Shown here: piece after piece, positions 56,230 to 64,000 of the stretch
Numbering within the stretch: position 1 is the stretch's first letter
Layout: each line of letters opens with the position of its first letter
Source of the DNA: Escherichia phage phiEc_1
Strand: one strand, 5' to 3'
Sequence record: LC768462.1
DNA: 64,000 nt
The notes under the pieces: model-generated
What the model saw: the letters and a program-made list of their open reading frames with translations, nothing else
Databases searched by the model: none
What the model was told of the DNA's origin: nothing
Made by a program: the position numbers and the translations under genes

Positions 56230-59200
56230 TTATCTCCGCCCGCCAACAGCAAACTCTATCGTTAAACCATTGATAGCAGCATTACTATTAACATCATTAT
56301 CTATAACATTATAGAAAAGGTATGGATGGTTCAGTCTCACCGAGACATGCCTGTCAACACCGATCGTATATGTCTTAGATGTGTGTGGGTGTCCATATTC
56401 ATTTGAGAATTGACTACCACCAGCTTCAAATATGTAAGTACCTGAACCAGTTGTCTGAGGTCGGAACCTGTTAATATGCTTCTGATTCCACTCATTCGTC
56501 ACATTATCAAAATCTATACCAGTCCTCTCCAACCTCATTTCCAGAGGCTTCTCTATAACAACATCATTTAGCCTGTCATAGAAGTAATCAAGAGCACCCA
56601 CATCCACTTGATAGAATCCCTTCAAGAATGAACCTACTATCGTAACCCTCTGTCTAAAGTTTGTTGCATCCTTTCTCCAAACGAGTTCTTTAATAGATGG
56701 GTCATCCCAAGTGATTTCTTGGAAGTCGGACCAGATTGGACCTCTTTCTAAAACAGGAGGATCAACCAGACCAATACACTGAGCATATGGGATAGTACGG
56801 AAGGACCAAGTATCAAACTCGTAGTTCCATACAGCAGCTTTAGTACAAGCGAAGCTTTCTTTTGGCTCCCCCGGACCTACATACAGAACCCAAACCTCTT
56901 TCTTATCCTGATGCAAGTGTACTCGAGTTGCTAAAGGATTAACCAGACACACCTCGTTAATCAGCATGTTCTTGACACGGTTAGATGCAATTGATTTCTT
57001 AGTTGCACCGTTGTGTAAGATTACATCGTTCTGAGTAACTACGAAGTGACTACCTTCTACTTCAACCACACACTCAGGAGCAAGGATACCAGAGTCGTTA
57101 AAAAGCTTCTTGAACATTAGAGGTTGGTACGTGTTATTAGTTGGAGAACCAATATACGTTTCAAACTCTGTATAAACAAACAAGTAGTCTTTAAGAGGTA
57201 GGATATCAATCAAGCTACCATTAGAGTCAGCTAGGTCAATGTAACCAGCATACCCATTCTCTAGAGCCTGAGTCTGCCCTACGATATTAGAAGCTAAGTC
57301 CGAAGACACAACTCGATCATAGGCAAAGTCATCCCACAGTGTAGGAGCCTTGTTCTCATTGGCAAAGTTAGACCAACGAAGACGAAGCGGGTAGTTAGTG
57401 GTAACACCAGAAGCATTAGCCTCTCTCATATTCAGAGCAAAAAGACGGTTGTTAAAAGATCTTACTCTCTCACATTTCCAGTTAAACTTCTTGACTGAAG
57501 GGTTTCCATCATTATCAACAACTGTTTGCTCACCCCACCCCGGAAGGTCTACAAAGTATTCTGATTCGAATTCTTTTACCTGAGGAGTTTCATAGTGAGT
57601 TGTAGCAACTGCACAGTTAGAGATAACAGCGTGATACCAAGGATAGTCATCAAAAGCATCGTAATCTTTCTGAGTCATCTGACTAACAGTACAAGTTACA
57701 TTAATCTCCCCTTTACGGAGAGCAACCAGTTTGATAGATTTACCAGTGACTGAAGTTGTAGAAACATAGCCAGTTTTATCAACAGACCATTGATAAGAAT
57801 AATCACCTTCTGGAGAAGCCGTAGCTGTAATGACAATCTCTTCACCAACATCAAGTGAGGCGCTGACAACATCTAAGGTTACAGATGACAAAGGGGTTGC
57901 CAGTAAAGAAGCTCTTGCAAAACCTTCAATGTCATTCACGTTAGAGTAGTCATAGAAGTTATTACCTTCGTACATCCCTGACGTATCAATACCGGATGTA
58001 GGCTCAGCAAAATAAACCGTCTCTTCACTTTCAGGAGGAGTTACTACTTCTTCCTCTTGAGTTTCTACTGGCTCTGACACAGGAGCAGCAAATGCCATAG
58101 CACTTGTCCTCATTGTCCTTCCAGCTAAATCCACACGTACAGTACAGACAGCAACTCTGTTACCTTCTTCAGTGGTAGCTGTAATCTCAGTAAAACCAGC
58201 AAGTAGAGCGTTGATCGTCCCTTGTGTGCTAGTCCCTGATACTGTTGCAATATTTGGATTAGAAGAGGTCCAAGTAATATTTTGATTAGGGGCGTTAGCA
58301 GGAGAAAGGGTAGCAGTTAAGATATACTGAGAACCTCTACTCACAGTAACATCTGACTGGCTTAAAGAGATACTATCAATCTGAGGGATGGAAACAACCT
58401 CACAAGAAGCAGTCTTAGTTCCGTTATCAGCAGTGATTGTTACATTACCTTCTCCATTCGCTGTAATGACAGCAGTTAAAGAGTTGGCGTTAGGGGTTAC
58501 GGATACAATAGAAGCATTATTGCTGGACCAAGTTACAGGGGTCTTGCCAGTAACAGCCGTGAGAGTAGTAGTCCCTCCTTTACGAATTGTAACAGTATCT
58601 TGACTCAAGAAGATACCTGAATCACCATCGATAATATTAACAGCAATCTGAGCCACTACGGATTCGTTGGCAGTAGAGATAGTTACTACAAGATTACCCT
58701 CTTTCTCAAAAGATGTTAGAGTAGCAAGTTTAGAGTCACCAGGGTCTACCGTAATACTTCCATAGGATGAGTTACTAACCTCCCAAATAAGATCAGTGTT
58801 GTTAGCATCAGCAGGGAGAAGAGAAACCTCTAGATTCTTGGTCTGATTGAAGTTCATTGAGATAGTTGATTCTTTAGGAACAATCTGAGAAACAACTGGA
58901 TAAATCTTAATTGAGGCAGAAGCCTTCTTAGTGACTGTAGCAACCTTACGGCTAATATCAGTCAAGCTTTCATCTGTCAGTTTATATAACTTCTTATCCG
59001 TACCTACAACAAGAAAGCTATTACCTGCGCTATAATAATCGAAAGGCATAGAAACGAAAGACAGAGGGGTTAAATCCTTATCTTCATCTACATAAGAAAG
59101 AGGGGCATTGCCCCCCGTCTTAAATACTCTCTGCTCAACAAATCGAGCATTTATAGCATTAGTGAAAGCATTAGGAGCTAAGTCTGTCGGAGCCTGATCA

Positions 59201-59247
59201 GCGATAACGCCTACAGCACCTAGTGACTTTATTGGATACAGCGCCAT
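56230..59247 (-). CDS. large structural protein with bacterial Ig-like (Big_2-type) domains
   Basis: Three repeated ~80-aa segments with Big_2-like pattern. Confidence 0.55.
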   Translation of the reverse strand: MALYPIKSLGAVGVIADQAPTDLAPNAFTNAINARFVEQRVFKTGGNAPLSYVDEDKDLTPLSFVSMPFDYYSAGNSFLVVGTDKKLYKLTDESLTDISRKVATVTKKASASIKIYPVVSQIVPKESTISMNFNQTKNLEVSLLPADANNTDLIWEVSNSSYGSITVDPGDSKLATLTSFEKEGNLVVTISTANESVVAQIAVNIIDGDSGIFLSQDTVTIRKGGTTTLTAVTGKTPVTWSSNNASIVSVTPNANSLTAVITANGEGNVTITADNGTKTASCEVVSIPQIDSISLSQSDVTVSRGSQYILTATLSPANAPNQNITWTSSNPNIATVSGTSTQGTINALLAGFTEITATTEEGNRVAVCTVRVDLAGRTMRTSAMAFAAPVSEPVETQEEEVVTPPESEETVYFAEPTSGIDTSGMYEGNNFYDYSNVNDIEGFARASLLATPLSSVTLDVVSASLDVGEEIVITATASPEGDYSYQWSVDKTGYVSTTSVTGKSIKLVALRKGEINVTCTVSQMTQKDYDAFDDYPWYHAVISNCAVATTHYETPQVKEFESEYFVDLPGWGEQTVVDNDGNPSVKKFNWKCERVRSFNNRLFALNMREANASGVTTNYPLRLRWSNFANENKAPTLWDDFAYDRVVSSDLASNIVGQTQALENGYAGYIDLADSNGSLIDILPLKDYLFVYTEFETYIGSPTNNTYQPLMFKKLFNDSGILAPECVVEVEGSHFVVTQNDVILHNGATKKSIASNRVKNMLINEVCLVNPLATRVHLHQDKKEVWVLYVGPGEPKESFACTKAAVWNYEFDTWSFRTIPYAQCIGLVDPPVLERGPIWSDFQEITWDDPSIKELVWRKDATNFRQRVTIVGSFLKGFYQVDVGALDYFYDRLNDVVIEKPLEMRLERTGIDFDNVTNEWNQKHINRFRPQTTGSGTYIFEAGGSQFSNEYGHPHTSKTYTIGVDRHVSVRLNHPYLFYNVIDNDVNSNAAINGLTIEFAVGGRR

Positions 59248-59256
59248 AATTCCTCC

Positions 59257-60060
59257 TTAGCTAATACGTCTCCAAATGTGAGCTGCTCTGAATGGTGGCA
59301 AAGTGTTAATAGGTTGACGAGAGATATCATCACGACCAAGACTTACACTACCAGAGATTGTATGAGTGTGAGTGTCGCTATCAGTTCTCTGACTGTAACC
59401 ACCACCCGGACTATACCAGTTTGGTGAGCTGTTATGACCACTAGCATCTCCACGACCAAACACCATATTGTGACTGTGAGTGTTACTGGATAGAGAGAAG
59501 CTGGAGCCATTAACTGTCATCAGAGGTACGTTCTCAGTTCGAATGGTATTGAAGACACGACCACCAGTACCACCTGCTTGGAACTCAACTCTCTGAGCAT
59601 TAGGGACAGAACCATCAGGGTTTACTACACCAGTACCCATAATGACACCAGTCACTTTAGCCCAAGAACCAAACCCTAAGGAGATAGAATCACCGGGGTT
59701 AATATCTTCTTCAGTGATGTAGTAAGAACCAATTCGATAGAGCTTATTCTCCATCCAGTTCTTCATGAACGCTTCCATCTGACCTTTAGTAACAACATCC
59801 TTGTCACCAGTTCCCGGAGTAACGTTCTTGATCATAAGACCACCAACATCCATTGCATCACCAGTAAACTTGAGCTTCTCTGACATAATCTTAAAGGTGT
59901 CAGAATCTATATCAACCGGTTCTGTAACATTGGGGAATGTGTTCTGTAACGTTTGTTTAATGAGGCGGATTTGAGCCGCCCCTTCGTAGATGTAATCCCT
60001 GTCTCTAGGATAGAGTGGGTTTAAGTCGGTAATAACTACCGCATTAGTTTCGATAGCCAA
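59257..60060 (-). CDS. tail fibre protein with His-rich HxH tip motifs
   Basis: TTG start with GGAGGTG SD; THSHNM...THTHT motifs. Confidence 0.5.
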   Translation of the reverse strand: MAIETNAVVITDLNPLYPRDRDYIYEGAAQIRLIKQTLQNTFPNVTEPVDIDSDTFKIMSEKLKFTGDAMDVGGLMIKNVTPGTGDKDVVTKGQMEAFMKNWMENKLYRIGSYYITEEDINPGDSISLGFGSWAKVTGVIMGTGVVNPDGSVPNAQRVEFQAGGTGGRVFNTIRTENVPLMTVNGSSFSLSSNTHSHNMVFGRGDASGHNSSPNWYSPGGGYSQRTDSDTHTHTISGSVSLGRDDISRQPINTLPPFRAAHIWRRIS

Positions 60061-60072
60061 AAGGCACCTCCA

Positions 60073-60564
60073 TTAATATTTACCTTCGGTGTAAAGATTA
60101 GCTTCTGCAACTCTTCTATTATGAAGACCCTGACTTCTCTGCTTCTCTCCCTTGACCGTTATTTTATCCCAACGAAGAAATTCGGAATAAACATCCCCCT
60201 TAACATCTCCATTGATTACCTTCCTTAACTTAGATGTGCTCAAAGCCCCACTGCCAACATTGAAGTTGAAAGAAGTGAGTGCATCAAACTCATGAACTAG
60301 TAAAGGAACCTTTATGTTCTTCTGAGTAGCACGAACAGAGTCTTGTGTGTCTCTATCTAGCAGAGCTAGACAATCCTCTATAGAATACGTTAATCCTTGT
60401 CTAACCGGATAACCATTCATATCGCGCGTAGCCCCTACACATATAGTCCAGATACCTGCGGAATCTTTATAAGCCTTTGTTCTCATACCCTCATGCTTCA
60501 TGATGAATTCCATTCCAGCTGGGCTTAAGTTTAGTTGTACAGGTGGCAATGCGACGTTATCCAT
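60073..60564 (-). CDS. endolysin, GH24 lysozyme (T4-lysozyme-like)
   Basis: EGMRTKAYKDSAGIWTICVGAT catalytic motif; FDALTSFNFNVG. Confidence 0.85.
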   Translation of the reverse strand: MDNVALPPVQLNLSPAGMEFIMKHEGMRTKAYKDSAGIWTICVGATRDMNGYPVRQGLTYSIEDCLALLDRDTQDSVRATQKNIKVPLLVHEFDALTSFNFNVGSGALSTSKLRKVINGDVKGDVYSEFLRWDKITVKGEKQRSQGLHNRRVAEANLYTEGKY

Positions 60565-60593
60565 TTCTAACCTCCTTTTGTAGTCCCTTTAAA

Positions 60594-60812
60594 TTAAGGT
60601 AGTATCTTTCTCAGAGCGTTAGATTCAGCATCAGGGCAAATAACAACTAAGTTATTTTGAATTGTTCTCTGCTTGCATTGAGAGCTAAGCTTCTCTACTG
60701 GAGCAGGGACAGTTACTAATGGATGAACTGCGCCTACAGGAACTGCGGTGGATACCACAACACCTGCGCCTAAACATATTAAACCATATGCAGCTTGTTT
60801 CATCATTTTCAT
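60594..60812 (-). CDS. small Pro-rich membrane protein adjacent to endolysin (possible holin or lysis accessory)
   Basis: AGGAG SD; single N-terminal hydrophobic segment; no canonical lipobox. Confidence 0.4.
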   Translation of the reverse strand: MKMMKQAAYGLICLGAGVVVSTAVPVGAVHPLVTVPAPVEKLSSQCKQRTIQNNLVVICPDAESNALRKILP

Positions 60813-60904
60813 TTGAGTGTCTCCTATATATTAACCTCTTGGGATATATTAGTTTCATTACTTACTAAGGGTACTCACTACTAAAGCCCCCGAAGGGGCT
60901 TATA

Positions 60905-63103
60905 TTACCTCTCTGCTAGTTTTGCTTCTAGAACTTCAATACGCTTCAGAAGGTCTTGAACAACCTGCATAGTATCAAGGAGCATAGGAGCTGAGTCTAG
61001 CTCTTTCTGTTCTTGCTCTACACCATCATTGTCGTGGAACCTACGAGTCTTAACATAAAGAGGTTCTACCTTTTCTGCTTGCTGTGCAATAACACCGCGA
61101 CGAGTTCTTCCTTGTTCATCACTGTTGTACACAAACGATTTGAAATCCAAACCTTTGATAGCCTTGATAGCTTTCTCAGGGGAAATATCTTGGATATTAT
61201 GTTTTAACCTTTCATCTGACACAGGATTCAAGGCAAGGGTATATGTTCCAGTAGAGCTGGGTTGCCAAGTATAATAGAAAATCTCATTCCTGTTTGGTCG
61301 AAGGGTTAGGCGACAACCGTATTTGTTGTCTTCATCACCTGCAACGTGCCAGCAAGAATCGGCAAAAGTTCCGGCGTCGTTGTGAATCATGCCAACATGA
61401 GTGGTGGTCTTGTATCCCCCACTAGATGTTTGAGAAGCACTTAGTATGGAATTGAAGGAGAAGTTAGACCCTATCCCTTGGTTGTCCATGGAGAATGTTC
61501 CTTTCCTAGCTCCTGTTTCACTCCAAGACATCAAAGTGCCAAATCTAGAAACATACCTATCAGAATTCAGTGTACCAGAATCGTCGAAAGCTAACTGCTT
61601 GGTAACTCCTTTAGTTTTATTATAGACGTCAATGATTCCATAGTAAGCTCCGTTGATGTAGGCATCAGTTTTGAGAGTAGTAGAAGCTTCTACTTCTGAA
61701 CCGATTTTATACTCAGAGACAACTGACCCACTAGAAACTTTCGTTCCGTTGGAAGGTCGTGTGGTGTCACTATTAATAACAGACCAAGAAGTATTAGCAG
61801 CAACAAATCCACCATGAGCACGAATAGTCCAAACCCCCACAAAGTTTCTCGGTATAATGTTGTCAGAGATACTATAACGACCATAAACTGGGTTGGACTG
61901 GCTTGCGTCGAAGACTAGAGTATTATTACGTCCACCAACTGCACCGGACCCCGGAGGTATAGTGTCCCCTCCACCAGCCGGATACAAACTGTTATCCGTA
62001 TAGAATGAATCTTGCACAGACGTCCCGAATATCCCTGCATAAGTCCCGGCTGATACACCAGCGACCTTACCTTTGATATTAGGTGCAGCAGAATCATAGA
62101 TAACACCATCGTTGGATGATGTACCACCATCACCGCGACCAAATAGCTCCCTAATAGAACCGACCTGAACCCCGTTGCGGTCTGGAACGCGGAAAGTAGT
62201 AGAACCATCACCAGTAGAGTACTGTCCACGTTTTTGGGCATCACTAAGCCATTCAGAATCTGAGATAGGGGATAACAGCTGTGCATAAGCCCAGAGATCT
62301 GGGTACTCTGAACGATTAAGAAGCTGACCGTCTGACGTTACCTCAAAAGCTGGAATAAAAGCTCGACTGTCACGTAAATGGAAATCACCAATACCAAAGT
62401 TAGAGATACCGCTCATCGTAGGACCACCAGAGCCACCACCACTGTTTCGAAGCTGTCTCAAAGTAACCGCATCATAATCACCAACTGCATCAGGGACAGT
62501 TACTGGTTGAGTGAAAGTAACTTTCTGTGTGAGCTGTTTGATATCAGAGTTAATCCCTGTACGAGTAACACCTACCGTACGACCTTTAGAGTCTTTAACA
62601 TAAGAACCAATTGCAGCAAAAGGCAAATCCTCAATCTCAGGACGGTAACGTTTAGAATAAACTGGATACTTAGTTTCTACCCCAGAGTCATTCTGGTCAA
62701 CAACCTGAAGACGACCAGCAGAATGAATCTCTACACCTTGAACTGAAGAGGCATAACTACCAATCTTGATTGAGTTATCAGTAGTAACTTTCATCATATC
62801 AACTGATTCTACACCATTAGCTCCAGTAGAACGGAATGGGGTATCATTAACAACCCAAGGGTCTTCTCGGAACAGCGCACCAGACATAATAGGTTGAATC
62901 GAATCCAGCACAAAATCTTTAGATGCACCCTCTGTTTTAGTTTGATAGGTAGCAGCTGCGTCGGTTTTCTGTAAATATTTTCCGGTGAGGTTAATAGCTC
63001 CAGCCTGTCCATCTACAGTAGAAACCCCAACAACAGCCGCGTCTCTGGTTACAACCACATGAGGCATCATTATACCAGATTTGGGCATTAATTCTCTAGA
63101 CAT
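60905..63103 (-). CDS. tail fibre/spike with C-terminal intramolecular chaperone (peptidase S74-like) domain
   Basis: C-terminal SDERLKHNIQDIS...GVIAQQAEKV...LEAKLAER matches the chaperone signature. Confidence 0.75.
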   Translation of the reverse strand: MSRELMPKSGIMMPHVVVTRDAAVVGVSTVDGQAGAINLTGKYLQKTDAAATYQTKTEGASKDFVLDSIQPIMSGALFREDPWVVNDTPFRSTGANGVESVDMMKVTTDNSIKIGSYASSVQGVEIHSAGRLQVVDQNDSGVETKYPVYSKRYRPEIEDLPFAAIGSYVKDSKGRTVGVTRTGINSDIKQLTQKVTFTQPVTVPDAVGDYDAVTLRQLRNSGGGSGGPTMSGISNFGIGDFHLRDSRAFIPAFEVTSDGQLLNRSEYPDLWAYAQLLSPISDSEWLSDAQKRGQYSTGDGSTTFRVPDRNGVQVGSIRELFGRGDGGTSSNDGVIYDSAAPNIKGKVAGVSAGTYAGIFGTSVQDSFYTDNSLYPAGGGDTIPPGSGAVGGRNNTLVFDASQSNPVYGRYSISDNIIPRNFVGVWTIRAHGGFVAANTSWSVINSDTTRPSNGTKVSSGSVVSEYKIGSEVEASTTLKTDAYINGAYYGIIDVYNKTKGVTKQLAFDDSGTLNSDRYVSRFGTLMSWSETGARKGTFSMDNQGIGSNFSFNSILSASQTSSGGYKTTTHVGMIHNDAGTFADSCWHVAGDEDNKYGCRLTLRPNRNEIFYYTWQPSSTGTYTLALNPVSDERLKHNIQDISPEKAIKAIKGLDFKSFVYNSDEQGRTRRGVIAQQAEKVEPLYVKTRRFHDNDGVEQEQKELDSAPMLLDTMQVVQDLLKRIEVLEAKLAER

Positions 63104-63143
63104 TTAAATCTCCTTAAAGCCCCCCGAAGGGAGCATTGTTAAA

Positions 63144-64000
63144 TTACTCAGAAGGCATTTCAACACGAACTGAAATAAAAGCATCACTCGGGATATCAAT
63201 AGGATCACCGTCAGAAAAACCTTCTATCTCATTTCTAGCAAAAACCGGAGAGGTTGGATGGGTTCTGTGATAGGTTTTAACTAAAATAGAACCATCTTCT
63301 TTAATCTCATAGTCCAGCCAAACCCTAGGTTGTTTGTTGCGGTCAGTAGGGATTTCAAAGCCGCCGTCAATGCCTCCCCATTTTGCATCTGCGTTTAAGC
63401 CAAGGCAACCGGTAATCAAGTACTCACCAACACCTTGCCGAATGACATTAACCCCCTCAGATTCCTCGTTCGTCTCATATCGACCGTCGGAGTAAATATG
63501 AACTACCGGAGATGCCGCTTTGATAAATCCGTTTACATCAACAGTGGTGTTTTTGTTTGTAAGACAATGGACATATTTTATTGTTCCGTCTGCAATCTTT
63601 ATTGCGTAAGATATGCGACCGTATTGTGAGGCTTCGCCACCAGACCCTGCATATGACACACCGTGGGCAATCCAGAAGTTAGTATCCTCTGGCTGCATAT
63701 ACCAGTAGCAGTTAAACAAGTCTAAAGTAAACAGGCCGTTCCCGGAGGCATGTTGGACACGATCCCCAGTACCACCTACGCCTGAATTTGCTGGGGTGTT
63801 ACTTAGCGCTCCAATATTGAACCTTGCACCAGCAGCATCTCCAGCCCCTGTCCCACCATTAGCAATAGGTACATTATCCAGAGTAGAAACACTTCCCAAC
63901 CCTAGATTAGAACGAGCACCAGCAGCATCTCCAGCCCCTGTCCCACCATTAGCAATAGGTACATTATCCAGAGTAGAAACACTTCCCAACCCTAGATTAG
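63144..64000 (-). CDS. tail fibre protein, partial (N-terminus beyond window)
   Basis: Open frame runs off the window edge; N-terminal repeats LGLGSVSTLDNVPIANGGTGAGDAAGAR. Confidence 0.65.
   Translation of the reverse strand, partial: NLGLGSVSTLDNVPIANGGTGAGDAAGARSNLGLGSVSTLDNVPIANGGTGAGDAAGARFNIGALSNTPANSGVGGTGDRVQHASGNGLFTLDLFNCYWYMQPEDTNFWIAHGVSYAGSGGEASQYGRISYAIKIADGTIKYVHCLTNKNTTVDVNGFIKAASPVVHIYSDGRYETNEESEGVNVIRQGVGEYLITGCLGLNADAKWGGIDGGFEIPTDRNKQPRVWLDYEIKEDGSILVKTYHRTHPTSPVFARNEIEGFSDGDPIDIPSDAFISVRVEMPSE
63829..64000 (-). repeat. near-perfect 90-bp tandem repeat inside the tail fibre gene, truncated by window edge
   Basis: 63829-63910 is identical to 63919-64000. Confidence 0.85.

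Noticed and set aside
60882-60901. Hairpin AAGCCCC-CGAA-GGGGCTT downstream of tail fibre 60905..63103 as an intrinsic terminator
   Set aside because: Stable stem, but no U-tract on the relevant (minus) strand; left as an uncalled hairpin.

Overview
This window reads as about 64 kb of a lytic, tailed dsDNA phage genome with no integrase, repressor or host flanks. Gene content (a phage sigma-70-family factor, a split family-A DNA polymerase, a T7 gp4-like primase-helicase, and an amidoligase / GAT-II / ATP-grasp / GGCT cluster) suggests a phiEco32-like (Kuravirus-type) enterobacterial podophage; this is from memory of that family, not from a database search. Layout: (i) 1-13.3 kb, early region on the + strand with a ~2 kb untranslated leader carrying tandem sigma70-type promoters and four rrn/lambda-type boxA elements, followed by many small genes including paralogous families, a trimeric-autotransporter-like collagen-repeat protein, a lipoprotein and a tRNA-Arg(UCU); (ii) 13.6-23.3 kb, an enzyme cluster (two amidoligase-like proteins, a class-II glutamine amidotransferase with an apparent ATT start, an ATP-grasp ligase, a gamma-glutamyl cyclotransferase) whose product is unknown and which I consider the most interesting system here; (iii) 23.4-45 kb, replication and nucleotide metabolism (primase-helicase, separate exonuclease and polymerase genes, CCA-adding-like nucleotidyltransferase, dCTP deaminase, Dps, thioredoxin, ThyX, PhoH, SSB, dNMP kinase, FEN, HNH) plus an overlapping spanin pair, a macro-domain protein, the sigma factor and a SLOG protein; (iv) 45.2-64 kb, a late structural/lysis module on the - strand (large internal proteins, SLT transglycosylase, Ig-like protein, several tail fibres, GH24 endolysin). 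All functional calls are by-eye motif recognition; coordinates of small ORFs and regulatory sites were hand-counted.
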